Shown here: positions 11,416 through 24,510 of the stretch, piece after piece
How positions within the stretch are numbered: the first letter of the stretch is position 1
Layout: every line of letters begins with the position of its first letter
Source: Okamejei kenojei
Taxonomy: Eukaryota
Assembly (NCBI GenBank): GCA_035221665.1
Contig: CM069147.1
Location: forward strand, 25,854,001 to 25,918,000
Length of the DNA stretch: 64,000 nt
Direction: 5' to 3'
Translations under genes and position numbers: made by a program
Notes under the pieces: model-generated
Told to the model about the DNA's origin: nothing
The model's database searches: none
The model's input: the letters and a program-made list of their open reading frames with translations, nothing else

Positions 11416-12301
11416 TGGCGATGTGCGGGCAAGGTTTTTACGCAGAGAGTAGTGGGGGCCTGGAACACATTGGCAAATGTCCTGGCAACATCTTCGTAAA
11501 TATCTCTGCACCCTATCCAACTGCAATAATCATTTTTAAACTAATTAAATACCATATGAAGGAAATGTATGCCCATGCGAAAACATGAACTGCTTCAAAA
11601 TCTATACAATTCTTTAGAAACTCATCAGATGCTTACGAACAAGACCTGATTCTGCGATTCTGTCCGCCCAATACTTGTCACAGTTATTCCAAATCTAATG
11701 TCAACAGGCTAACGCCAAATTGTTTCAACATTACCCTGGTCACGTTTTAACGCCTTTGAATACAACAAAACCAGGACAAGCATTTCCCTTCCAACATTCT
11801 TCAATATAATCTTTCGTAACGATTTTAGCGATCATTTGAACGATTGAATTATGTGAAACAAACACGGAGACAAATGCGGTTTTCTCCAGAACAGCGAGTG
11901 GAATATTCCTTTTGCGAACCATTTGGGCGACTGTACACGGTTGTGAACTAACTACAAAATCCATTGATTTTATAGATCATGAAGGAGGTGATTGAATATA
12001 CGCCACACCATCGTAAATGGCACAGGCTTTATCAAAAGATAAGAACGAAAGGCTGTGAATAATCTGTTGATATCCACTTGAAACAAGGAACAATGAACGA
12101 TGAATTCCAAATAATGTAGCAGGACAAATAAATAATTGGATGAGCTGGAGACTACATTAACCTGAACTAGACGAACTGCCATCTGTTAATAAAAATGTCA
12201 ATGTGGCATTCTGACAACTTCAAATTAAAGCGGATTATTATTTATTGCGCATTGCACACGCGCGTGTGTGTGTAGCTCTGTGTGTGTGTGCTCGCTTGTG
12301 T

Positions 12302-12639
12302 NNNNNNNNNNNNNNNNNNNNNNNNNNNNNNNNNNNNNNNNNNNNNNNNNNNNNNNNNNNNNNNNNNNNNNNNNNNNNNNNNNNNNNNNNNNNNNNNNNN
12401 NNNNNNNNNNNNNNNNNNNNNNNNNNNNNNNNNNNNNNNNNNNNNNNNNNNNNNNNNNNNNNNNNNNNNNNNNNNNNNNNNNNNNNNNNNNNNNNNNNNN
12501 NNNNNNNNNNNNNNNNNNNNNNNNNNNNNNNNNNNNNNNNNNNNNNNNNNNNNNNNNNNNNNNNNNNNNNNNNNNNNNNNNNNNNNNNNNNNNNNNNNNN
12601 NNNNNNNNNNNNNNNNNNNNNNNNNNNNNNNNNNNNNNN
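12302..12639. other. Assembly gap next to a (GT)n microsatellite
   Basis: N run. Confidence 1.
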
Positions 12640-13624
12640 GTCTGTTTAGGTGGTTTGGGTTTCCATGAGCATGGGTTTGTTAGAGTGTTTATGCCCGTTT
12701 TTCCCTCAAGGTGTGAGCGTGCTGAGCTTGCGCCTTTGCGTGTATTTGTTCAGTACTGCAAGTCTGGTCTGAAAGCTTGCAGCTAAATGTTATTTGACAA
12801 ATCATTAATTAATTAATATAATATAGTTTAAAGGTCATCAACTTAATTAGTATTGTGGAATTATAAAACATTTCGGAATATGACGGTATACACTAGCTAT
12901 TTTAAATACCAATTACTTGTTTAGATGCCGAACGCATGAAAGGCAACGGACAAGATGGAATACAGTGATAAATTAACAAGCAATATTGAAGCCTTGCCTA
13001 AACCATGATATTTCTGGTTCTCTTGTAAACATGACGCAGAACCGTTGAAAAGCATGAACGTTTAGCAGAATATTTCTGTAACTAAGAAGGCGGGAAAGCC
13101 ATGTGTAGCTGAATTATCATGAGAATAAGAGTACCGGTATTGATTTGTTTTACCTGTTAGAGTACGCCACTGTGCAGATATGCCGAATCTGACTGCTGTT
13201 GGGACTTGCACAAGAAAGTAGTGCACAAACATTTTTACCGGTAAATATTTTAGAAGATGTGTTGCTGGCAGATGTTCAAATAAGAAATATTAGCTGAAGA
13301 AGAAATATGGGAATATTCAGTCCATCTGTGAAGGAATATAGTTCGAAATAAGGGTTTGTTGGGCAGATGAATCTTGACTAAGAGAATAATTTTGTCGTCG
13401 ACGTGAAACACTGATGTAAAACAATAAATGTCATGTTTCTCCCCGAAATGGTGTCTGTACTGGACGTCTCGCCCATTCCTCTCTCAGATTTCGGTTACTC
13501 TCTAGAACACAGACGGCATCCTAAGACACTGACAACTCCCTGGCGCACACCACCTCCTTCCATCTGAAACTCATTCAATTTAACTCGTCTGCTAAAGAAA
13601 ATTCATAATTCCTCTTGTCTTCTC

Positions 13625-14225
13625 CGGTCATTTTACATTTAGGTTTGGGTTTATTATTGTCACAGGTACAATGAAAAACATGGTCGTGCATGCTATCCAA
13701 GCCTATCAGATATATCATACATAGATGCAATATGTTCAAATTCAAGTACAATAGATAAAGCAACGGGGAAATACACATAGTATTCTCATTTCTAAGCATT
13801 GCAGCGCATAAACTCCTTTGGCAAAGTTCAATGTCCACAATGGGGTGTGTGTTGGTAGTGGTGAATCGTAGTGGTGTTGTTGTGCACCACGTATTGGTGA
13901 CTCGAATGTAGCTTATGCAAGGAGCGTTCAGATGCCTGATAACGAAGAGGAATATATTTCTCCTGAGTCAGGTGGTTTCCGCTTTGAAACTTCTGTGCCT
14001 TCTGCCGATAGTACCTTCTGACAATAGTATCGTCAGCAAACGTGAAGACGTAATTTGAGCCGAATTTAGCTATACAGTCGTGAGTATAAAGGAAGTATAG
14101 TAGGGGACTGAGGACGCAATTTTTTTGCGAGCCACCAGTGTTGATTGTTATTGTGGAGGAGATGCTGTCACATACCGTCACTAATTTCTGTTTGTGGGTC
14201 AGAACATCGATGACCCAATGGTTGA
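13625..14225 (-). mobile_element. Rex1-type LINE fragment with 3' tail
   Basis: CVLSPLLYFLYTHDC..FADDTIV. Confidence 0.75.
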
Positions 14226-15995
14226 GGGGGAAGCTGATTCCTCACTCCATCCGATGCCTCCAATTTAAAAATCTCCTACCCGTGTTTGCATGTTCCACAG
14301 GACAGCTTAGTTTATATTCGGTGTCACCTCCTCTGGTATCTTTGCTTGTGTCCCTCTCCCCTCGGCCGCCCACCTTCGTCTCTAGGGGGTGCCACCCGCA
14401 GCCGACCTCGAGAGACATGTTTTCATGCTGTAATTCTAAACTACATCGCCCTTGCGGTAACATGTGAGGGGCAGTAGCTATTTATGGTTATGATTCCAGG
14501 GATGAGGGACGCTGTGGATGTGGATAGATTGTGGAAGCTGAAAGAAGTTTCCCATAGAATTGAAAAGATACCTTGGGGATTTGATCTTGGGTATGAAATC
14601 ACGAGCACAGTAGAGTGAAAGTGGAGCGAGGGAAACAGTTTCTAGAAAATAATAACCATGGGACATAGAATGAAGGTGATGGGCAAAAACAAAACAAAAC
14701 AAATCAAAAATGGAAGTTAGACAAAAATGCTGGAGAAACTGAGCGGGTGGAGACAGATTTCATGGACTATCAGCTGTTTTCCTGGTGTCACCCTGAAGAT
14801 TAAATTAACATCAACATTAGACATACATAACGTCTTAAATCTTTACCTTCTTACCTTCTTGTTTACGGAATTTCCAAGGAACGAAATGGCTGGAGATCTG
14901 AAAAAACATGGAACTTGCTTGAAACTGCATGGCTCGAAAGAACTGGAGCGTGGACTTTGAAATTGGCGCCAAAACAAGGCGCCTCTTGCAAACGGGCTCA
15001 GTATATTTCTGTACATTTGCTAATCGGGGGTCCGGGGTGTTGCAATGCTCTACTGGATTTCACTGTGTTGGCATTTCGCTCATGTGTCAATAAAATCACC
15101 ATTGAACCATTCACCATTTAACCATTTGGCCCAGACCACGCCGACCTTCGGCCAACCATTCATTTTCTAAATACCTACGCAAGGGGAACTCTAGAGGTCA
15201 ACTAATATACAAATCGGCACGTACTTGGGATGTGGGAGACAAAACAACTGGAGCGCATGGAGGAAACGTGCAATCTCCGCCCAGGGCATACCTGGCCAGG
15301 ATTGTACCATGGCCATTGGCGATGTGAGACAGCAGCTCTACCATGTTTTATCAGTACATAGGTAGTCCATATGTACTGAAACAGAGCAATGAAATTCTGA
15401 CGTGCGGCAGCATAAAAGGTTTGTAAACACAGTACTCAATGGATAATATAATAAACAAAAAAAGGATTGAACAGGGTTTCTGGCATTGTGGAGCAGCAGC
15501 TCTACAACTGCACGGGGAGTTCAATCAATCAATCCATCAAGTTTTATTCGTCACTTGCACATAAGTTGCAGCGGTACAATAAAAAAAGAACACACAATAC
15601 ACAATAAATAAAATTACAGGAACATCCACCACAGCATTCATCACTGTGGTGGAAGGCACAACATTTGGCCAGTCCTCCTCCATTTTCCCCCGTGGTCGGG
15701 ACGTCAACCCTCCGCAGTCGCCGCTGCGGGCATCCAGATATACAGACAGGGTAAGTCCAGGTAAGTCCTGATAAGGTAAGTCCTGAATCGATGCCTCCCC
15801 ACCGGAGGTCGTGGCTTCAAGATGGTGTAGGCCGCAGGCCGGCGGTCGAAGAATTAAAGTCAGACGAGAAAATCAAGAAATCAAACAGTTCACAGAAAAG
15901 TTTGATCTTCCGTCCTCCTTGTCAGGAGTACCAATCATTCTGACAAACAATTGGAGAAATATTGGCACTTCCTTGTGGGAATACGGTTCCGTGCA

Positions 15996-16828
15996 TCATA
16001 GAAACATAGAAACATAGAAATTAGGTGCAGGAGTAGGCCAATCGGCCCTTCGTGCCTGCACCGCCATTCAATATGATCATGGCTGATCATTCAACTCAGT
16101 ATCCTGTACCTGCCTTCTCTCCATACCCCCTGATCCCTTGAGCCACGGGCCACATCTAACTCCGTCTTAAATATAGCCAATGAACTGGCCTCAACTACCT
16201 TCTGTGGCAGAGAATTCCAGAGACTCACCACTCTGTATGAAAAATGTTTTTCTCATCTCGGTCCTAAAAGACTTCCCCCTTATCCTTAAACCGTGACCCC
16301 TTGTTCTGGACTTCCCCAACATCGGGAACAATCTTCCTGCATCTAGCCTGTCCAACCCCTTAAGAGTGTTGTAAGTTAACCATATAACCATATAACAATT
16401 ACAGCACGGAAACAGGCCCTCTCGGCCCTTCCAGTCTGTGCCGACCATTTGTTTTCCCCTAGTCCCATCTACCTGCACTCAGACCATACCCCTCCATTCC
16501 CTTCACGTCCATATACCTATCCACTTTACTCTTAAATGTTAAAATCGATCCTGCCTCCACCACTTCTGCTGGAAGCTCATTCCACACAGCCACCACCCTC
16601 TGAGTAAAGAAGTTCCCCCTCACGTTACCCCGAAACTTCTGTCCCTTAATTCTCATGTCATGCCCTCTTGTTTGAATCTTCCCTACCCTCAATGGGAAAA
16701 ACGTATCCACGTCAACTCTGTCTATCCCTTTCATCATTTTAAAGACCTCAATCAAGTCCCCCCTTAACCTTCTGCGTTTCTATAAGATCCCCCCTCAATC
16801 TTCTAAATTCTAGCGAGTACAAGCTGAT
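15996..16828 (-). mobile_element. Young CR1 3' end with a second CR1 subfamily nested at ~16378-16776
   Basis: (CATAGAAA)n tail; inner copy with (AACCATAT)n tail; outer sequence resumes GTTTCTATAAGATCCCC. Confidence 0.88.
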
Positions 16829-17194
16829 TTGTACTTTAATCTCAAGTTTACTTTTAAATTTCTGTTAGCACTCAGCTGCTTAAAAAAATATTTATAGGGG
16901 AAATGTTAGTGGAGACGTGCGGGGCACGTATTTACACAGAGAGTGCTGGGGGCCTGGACTGCACCTGCCAAGGGAGGTGGTGGAGGCAGATACCATCATG
17001 GCATTTAAGATGTTTCTGGATAGGCAATAGAGCGATATTGATTATGTCCAGGCAGCTGCCCAGGTTAAATTGACATAATATTAGGCACAAACATAGTGGT
17101 CCGAGGGGGGCGTTTTTTCTGCTGTGCTCTTCTATGTCCAATGTTTTCTGCTGACCAAACATTTTGTTGAGAATGTTTTTATTGTGATTGGCAG

Positions 17195-17923
17195 TTTTGG
17201 GGAGATGCAGCGAGACCTGGGTGCCATGGTACACCAGTCATTGAAAGTAGGCATGCAGGTGTAGCAGGCTGTGAAGAAAGCGAATGGTATGTTAGCTTTC
17301 ATAGCAAAAGGATTTGAGTTTCGCAGCAGGGAGGTTCTACTTCAGTTGTATAGGGTCTTGGTGAGACCACACCTGGAGTATTGCGTACAGTTCTGGTCTC
17401 CAAATCTGAGGAAGATCATTATTGCCATAGAGGGAGTGCTGATAATGTTCACCAGACTGATTCCTGGGATGTCAGGACTGTCTTATGAAGAAAGACTGGG
17501 TAGACTCGGTTTATACTCTCTAGAATTTAGGAGATTGAGAGGGGATCTTATATAAACTTACAAAATTCTTAAGGGGTTGGACAGGCTAGATGCAGGAAGA
17601 TTGTTCCCGATGTTGGGGAGGTCCAGGACAAGGGGTCACAGCTTAAGGATAAGGGGGAAATCCTTTAAGACCGAGCTGAGAAAGACTTTTTTCACACAGA
17701 GTGGTGAATCTCTGGAACTCTCTGCCACAGAGGGTAGTTGAGGCCAGTTCATTGGCTATATTTAAGAAGGAGTTAGATGTGGCCCTTGTGGCTAAGGGGA
17801 TCAGAGGGTATGGAGAGAAGGCGGGTACGGGATACTGAGTTGTATGATCAGCCATGATCATATTGAATGGCGGTGCAGGCTCGAAGGGCCGAATGGCCTA
17901 CTCCTGCACCTAATTTCTATGTT
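17195..17923 (+). mobile_element. Young CR1 3' portion
   Basis: KKANGML..LVRPHLEYCVQFWSP; 3' half nearly identical to 3295-3720. Confidence 0.92.
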
Positions 17924-18193
17924 TGTTAGCTTGTGTAGGAAGTTGCTGATTGCTTGATGGCATCACACCAGTAATAGATTCCTGTCAATTCACGCCGAAA
18001 GGCATTGCAAATTAAAAGTTCTCGCTTCACAAGACCGCCCGATCCTTATGGGAGCTTACTTGGGCGAGAAATCTAATCATAAAACTTATTAACTTTATTC
18101 GATGTCATTTCTGGGTTTTTTTAAAGAAGATCTTGTGACGAGGTGTGAAAGGAATCTTTTTCATGCTGTGAAACAACATGGATTTCAGAGGAT

Positions 18194-18548
18194 TACACAA
18201 AAAGCTGGAGAAACTCAGCGGGTGCAGCAGCATCTAAGGAGCGAAGGAGATAGGCGACGTTTCGGGTCGAGACCCTTCTTCAGACTGGTCAGGGATCAGG
18301 GAAACGAGAGATATAGACGGTGATGTGGAGAGATAAAGAACAATGAATGAAAGATATGCAAAAAAGTATCGATGATAAAGGGAACAAGCCATTGTAAGCT
18401 GTTTGTGGTGTGAAAATGAGAAGCTGGTGCGACTAGGGTGGGGGGGGGGGGGGGGAGAGATAGAGATAGAGGGAATGCCAGGGCCCGAGGGCTGAGGGAG
18501 AGGTGGGAAGGGGAGGAGACAGCAGGGGTAACAGAATTGAGAAAATTC
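18194..18548 (-). mobile_element. Penelope 3' end fragment with intact hammerhead core (18256-18283)
   Basis: Reverse complement of the ORF end (EFSQFC) and the tail seen at 23180-23400. Confidence 0.85.
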
Positions 18549-19259
18549 TGGATTTCAGAGGAAATGTATTTAACATGGCGGCGAGCACACACAATACGTG
18601 ACATTTCATCGCCACCTACTGGTCATATAGTGTTCGATAGTTGACCGCACAGTAATCATTAACCTTTACGAGTCAATTACTCAATCCCGGCTTAAATCTC
18701 CCCGCAACCCACTAAGAAAACATCCCATTGGCTTCTGCAGTCTATCGGCAGAACTAAAATCCATCATCCTTGGAATCATTTAGGTAAACCTCTTCCCCAC
18801 TTTACACGTTCCCTGTACAGCGGCCAGAAATGGCCGTTATAATTCTGAAATTATAGTGTCTTATAAACGTTTATTCGGGGGAAAGTCCCGTATCTTCCAT
18901 GACTTGTTCGTGTTCCGGACACCGTACATTTTGTTCTCATTTAAAATCGCATCTCCATTGCTGTTGTGTTCGTCCAGTTTTAGATGTACAATCCAAAAAA
19001 ATATTTAATGGAAACTGTCCAGCCACCCAGGTAAACTGGTGGAAAACGTGCGTGTGAACTAACTGAGGTCTGGTCAAAATGATGCTAAACTTTATATTTA
19101 ACCTCCCGTTTGTATCTAACCGCAGTTACTGTTAAACTGTCAAACTCCATTCATCAGCTGTTATAGGAATCGGTTTACTCTTTAATATATATCGAAATAT
19201 TTCATTTGTTTATACTAGAATTGGGCACCCTTTTTTCAAAAAGCTCTTTTCATCTGCTG

Positions 19260-19580
19260 CGTGCAGATCTCCGATGGTTTTGAGACCAGAACAGAAAGGT
19301 CTATACGGAAATTCGGAGGGAGGGGATGGGGGATAAAATGTTTAGCGGGGGGAGCCATTAGGCACAGGCGCACTGGGCGCAAGTGTTGGGCGAAGAGGTC
19401 GCCTTGTCGACGTTCAGACTCGCCGATGCATAGAAGGCCACCGGGAGCAATGAATGCAATAGATGAAGTTAGAGAAGCTGCCTATGAATCTGCATGAAAA
19501 AGGCTTCCATCCCGAAACGTTGCTTATCTATGTCCTCCAGAAATGATACCTGACACGCGGAGTTACTCCAGCACTTTGTA
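19260..19580. mobile_element. Degenerate Penelope fragment (-) followed by a tail unit (+)
   Basis: GIY-YIG-like remnant; CCCGAAACGTT...GAGTTACTCCAGC. Confidence 0.55.
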
Positions 19581-20619
19581 CGTGTCTGTACTTAACTTTA
19601 ACATTTTGAAATCTCATTATCTTTAACCGTGCTCCTGTTATTTACAAAATCATTCTCCCATTTGTCTGACCAACGAGTGCAATAAAGGGCTTCTGTTAGT
19701 TTGTGTTCCGTTTTATTGCCCACAACAGGGTTTAAAAACCGCAATATTTAGTTTAACTTCTGCTAGCTATGTCTTGGAAGCTAAACACATTCAAAATCTA
19801 TTTACTGCTTCTCCTTAGTTCCATTCACAGTGTTGGCCTCTTTTCCCATCATGCTTCCCCAGTAAGATCTGGGGTTAACATATTTCAAGCTTGCCAATCT
19901 CCCATAATTTACCACATCAAAGCCCCTTCACAGCTCTTGGCCATGCCCGCAAGCCATATCAATTAATACCATCTAATAAACCGGTTGGAAATAATTGCTG
20001 CCTAATTGACCCTTTCTGCGTGCTTGATTAATATCAAGCTCTTCAACATTATACTAAAATTTTAAAAAAAGACAATTACAATCAATAACTGTGCAAATAT
20101 CAATACCACACTTCCAGGCCCTTTCCCATTGTTCATTTTTTTTAAATCTTCTGTATTTCTCGGCTGTGTTTCCGAATAGCCTTGGAGTTCTGGATCATCT
20201 CACCCTCCTTCATTAGTGCCCACCTGTCAACATGGAGGGGTGGTGATGGTGGTAGTTTGCTTGCAATAAATCTCCTTAATGTCTCATCTGAGTTGTTTCA
20301 CAGCAAAACAATGTTTACTATTATCAAATGTTCAGCCAATGTTATTATTAATTCCTTGTCTCCAATGGTGATTTGTTTTGTGGGACCCAGGATTATGATA
20401 TTATGACGAGGTAGAGTACATACCCAGCCATTCTTATCATACCATTTAATGCAGATAGTGACGTATGCTCCCTGCGATACAGCAACACTCACAAAGGCAT
20501 TCGTTTTTCCATCATTTACAACCTTACAATTATTATAAAGTGTAAATGCACAATTAGACTATCAAACTTATTACTCCATACCTATTATGGGCTGGCCTGC
20601 ATGACATCTATCCCACTTG

Positions 20620-23600
20620 ATGCTTCTTTGCTCTTCAACTGTGACCTCCTGGTTCTGGACTCCACCAACATGGGGAACATTTTTCCTGCTTCTAGCATGT
20701 CCAATACAATGTTATGTTTTAATATGATCCCTTCTCATCCTTCTAAATTCCAGTGAACAAAAGCCCAGTCAATTCATTCTTTCAACACATGTCCATCCGC
20801 CATCCCGGGAATTAACCTGGTGAACCAACGCTATACTACCTCAATAGCAAGAATGTCCTTCCTCAAATTAGGAGACCAAAACTGCTCACAATATTCCAGG
20901 TGCCGTGTCACCAGCGCTCTGTACAACTGCAGTAGGACCTCCTTACTCTATCAACTCAAAACCTCTCGCTATGAAGGCCAATCCATTAGCTTTCTTCACT
21001 GCCTGCCTTTCCTGCATGCTTACTTTCAGTGACTTGATATACAAGGACACTTGGGTCTCGTTGCACCTACCCTTTTGCTAATCTGACACCTTTTAATAAT
21101 AAAAATTCCTTCTTGTTCTTGTCACCAAAGTGGATAACCTCACATTTATCCATATTGTACTGCATCTGCCCACTCACCCAACATATCCACGTCACTGTGC
21201 AGCCTCATAGCATCCTCCTCGCTGCCACCCAGTTTTGTCTTCCGCAAACTAATAGATGTTACATTTAATTCCTTCATCTAAATTGTTAAAATAGATTATA
21301 AATAACTGGGGTCCCAGCACTGAGCCTTGTGTCACCCCACTAGTCACTGCCTGTCAATCTGAAAAGGACCCGTTAAGTCCTACTCTTTGCTTACCAGTCA
21401 GCCAACCAGTTCTCTATGCATGTCAATACCCTACCCCTAATACGGCGTGCTCTAATTTTGCACACTAATCTCTTGTGTGGGACCTTGTCAAAGGCTTTTT
21501 GAAAGTCCAGATACACCACATCCACGGGCTCTCCCTTATCCATTCTACTTGTTATGTCCTCAAAAAATCCAGAAAATTAGGCAAGCATGATTTTGCCTTC
21601 ATAAATCCATGCTGACTTTGACCGATCCTGTCACTGCTTTCTAAATGCGCTGCTATTACATCTTTAATAATCAATTCAAGCATCTTCCCCACTACACAGA
21701 CCCATTGTCTCTGCCTGTTCATGCCCCACCGAACACTTTCCACATAACTTGACTCCATCCTATCCCCCTTGGTTAAATCCCTCCCCACCTACGTTCAAGC
21801 CACCTCAGACACTCTCCGTCATCTCCGCGCATTCCATTCTCCAGGCCCCCATCCTCTCATCTTCACCATGGATGTTCAGTCACTCTACTCCTCCATCCCC
21901 CACCAGGATGGTCTCAAAGTCCTCCAATTCTTCCTTGACCAGAGGAGCAACACATACCCGTCCACTGACACCCTCCTCTGCCTAGCAGAGTTGGTCCTTA
22001 CCGTCAATAACTTCTCTTTTGACTCCTCCCATTTCCTCCAAATACAAGGCGTAGCTATGGGCACATGCACGGGCCCCAGCTACGCCTGCCTCTTTGTCGG
22101 GTACGTCGAACAATCCTTGTTCTCGGCATACCAGGGCCCCATCCCCGACCTCTACCTCCGTTACATCGACGACTGCTTTGGTGTCACCTCCTGCACCCAC
22201 ACACAACTGACTGACTTCATCCATTTCACCAACAACTTCCATCCGGCACTCAAATACACCTGGACCATTTCCGACACTTCACCATCTCCATTGCAGGGGA
22301 TACACTCCTGACCGACATCCACTACAAACCCACTGACTCCCACGGCTACCTGGACTACTCTTCCTCCCACCCTGCTTCCTGTTAGGACTCCATCCCCTAT
22401 TCCCAATCCCTCCGTCTACGCCGCATCTGTTCCCAGGATGAGGTGTTCCACACCAGGTCATCACAAATGTCCTCATACTTCAGAGAACGGGGATTCCCCT
22501 CCCCCATAGATGAGGTTCACACCAGGGTCTCCTCCATACCCCGCAACACTGCCCTCTCTCCGCATTCCCCCACTCGCAACAAGGGCAGAGTCCCCCGGTC
22601 CTCACATTTCACCCCACCAGCCGGCACATACAACGCATAGTCCTCCGCCAGTTTCGCCACCTCCAACGTGACCCCACCACTCACCACATCTTCCCATATG
22701 CCCCCGTCTGCCTTTCGCAAAGATCCGCTCCCTCCGCAACTCCCTTGCCAATTCTTCCCTTCCCTCCCGCTCCACCCCTTCCCCGGGCACTTTCCCTTGC
22801 AACCGCAAGAGATGCTACACTTGTCCCTTCACCTCCCCCCTCCACTCCTTTCAGGGACCCAAGCAGTCCTTCCAGGTCCGACAGAGGTTCACCTGCACCT
22901 CCTCCAACCTCATCTACTGCATCCGCTGCTCCAGATGCCAGCTAATCTATATCGGAGAGACCAAGCGGAGGCTTGGCGATCGTTTCGCCGAACACCTCCG
23001 CTTGGTCCGCAATAACCAACCCGACCTCCCGGTGGTTCAGCACTTCAACTCCCCCTCCCATTCCGTATCTGACCTCTCTGTCCTGGGCCTCCTCCACGGC
23101 CAGAGTGAGCAACACCGCAAATTGGAGGAACAGCATCTCATATTCCGCTTGGGGAGTCTGCATCCTCTTGGCTTGAACATTGAATTTTCTCAATTCTGTT
23201 AACCCTTGCTGTCTCCCGTTCCCACCTCTCCCTCAGCCTACGGGCGGCTCCTCCTCCTTTTTCCTTTCTTCTCCTCGCCCCCCCCCCCCCCCCCCCTCCA
23301 CCAGTCTGAAGAAGGGTTTTGGCCCGAAACGTTGCCCATCCCCTTCGCTCCTTAGATGCTGCTGCACCCGCTGAGTTTCTCCAGCTTTTTGTGTACCCTC
23401 GATTTTCTAGCATCTGCAGTTCCTTCTTTAACACTGATGTTAGGCTAACATCTATGATTCTGCTTTCTCTCTCCCTCCTTTCTTAAAAAGCTGGGTTACA
23501 TTTACTACCCTCCAGTCCACAGGAACTGATCCAGAGTCGAGAGAACTTTGGAAAATAATCACCAATGCATCCACGATTTCCAGGGCCACTTCCTTGAGTA

Positions 23601-24510
23601 CTCTGGGATGCAGACCATCAGGTCCTGGGGATATATCTGCCTCCAGTCCCAACAGTTTACCCAACACCATTTCATGACTAATGTGAATTTCCTTCAGTTC
23701 CTCTCTCACGCTAGATTCTCGGTCCTGTAGTATTTCTGGGAGATTGTTTGTGTCTTCCTAACCAAAGTACTTGTTTAACTGGTCTGCCATTTCCTTGTTT
23801 CCCATTATAAATTCATCCGTATCTGAATGTAAGGGACCTACATTTGTCTTCGCTAATCTTTTCCTCTTCACATATCTAAAGTTGTTCCCCACAAGCTGTC
23901 TTCCATGCTCTATTTTCCCCCTCTTCATTAACCCCTTTGTTTTTCTCTGTTGAATTCTAAATTTCTCCCAGTCCTCTGGTTTGCTGCCTCCTCTGGCTGT
24001 TTCTGATTTAACTGTGACACTCCATCTAAATGCAGAATTACACCATATTATGGTCACTGTTGCCCAATCTTTCCATAGCAAGATTGCTAACTAATCCTTC
24101 TTCATTACACAATACCCAGTCTATGATGGCCTGCCCTCTAGTTGGTTCCTATATATATTGGCTTAGAAAGCAATGCTATATACACTCCAGGAAATACTCT
24201 TCAGTATTTAACCCAATCTATATGTAGATTAAAGTCACCCATGATAACTGCTGTACCTTTGCCACACGCATCTCTAATTTCCTGTTTGATGCTATCCCCA
24301 ACCTCACTACTGCTGTTTGGTGGTCTGTACACAACTCCAAGCGTTTTCTGCCCTTGGTTATTTTGCAGTTCTACCGATAGATTATACAGCATCCAAGCTG
24401 TCTCTCCTTACTTTTGCACTAATCTCCTCTTTAACCAGCAATGTTACTCCCCCCCCCCCCCTTTCGGTCTATCCTTCCTGAACATTGATTACCCCTGCAT
24501 ATTGAGCTCA
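20620..24510 (-). mobile_element. CR1 ORF2 (endonuclease-RT) remnant split by the Penelope insertion
   Basis: GVVYRPP..MGDFN (EN), SPGPDGLHPRVLKE, SQHGFMK; halves join at CATCTTCCCCACTAC / ACTGATGTTAGGCT. Confidence 0.9.
21697..23430 (+). mobile_element. Penelope-like retroelement (Neptune clade), 5'-truncated and frameshifted; RT + Cys linker + GIY-YIG endonuclease + hammerhead-bearing tail; nested in a CR1
   Basis: FTMDVQSLY, GVAMGT..GPSYACLF, YLRYIDD; CNRKRCYTC linker; SNLIYCIRCSRCQLIYIGETKRRLGDRFAEH; CTGAAGA..GAAAC at 23306-23330. Confidence 0.93.

Noticed and set aside
12245-12786. ORFs spanning N runs (also 40640-41067)
   Set aside because: Open only because of assembly gaps
14955-14975. 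CHR (TTTGAA) plus E2F palindrome TTGGCGCCAA suggesting a cell-cycle promoter
   Set aside because: A similar GGACTTTGAA.AATGG.GC.AAAA string recurs at ~58790 in a repeat tail, and there is no adjacent gene start; probably repeat-derived
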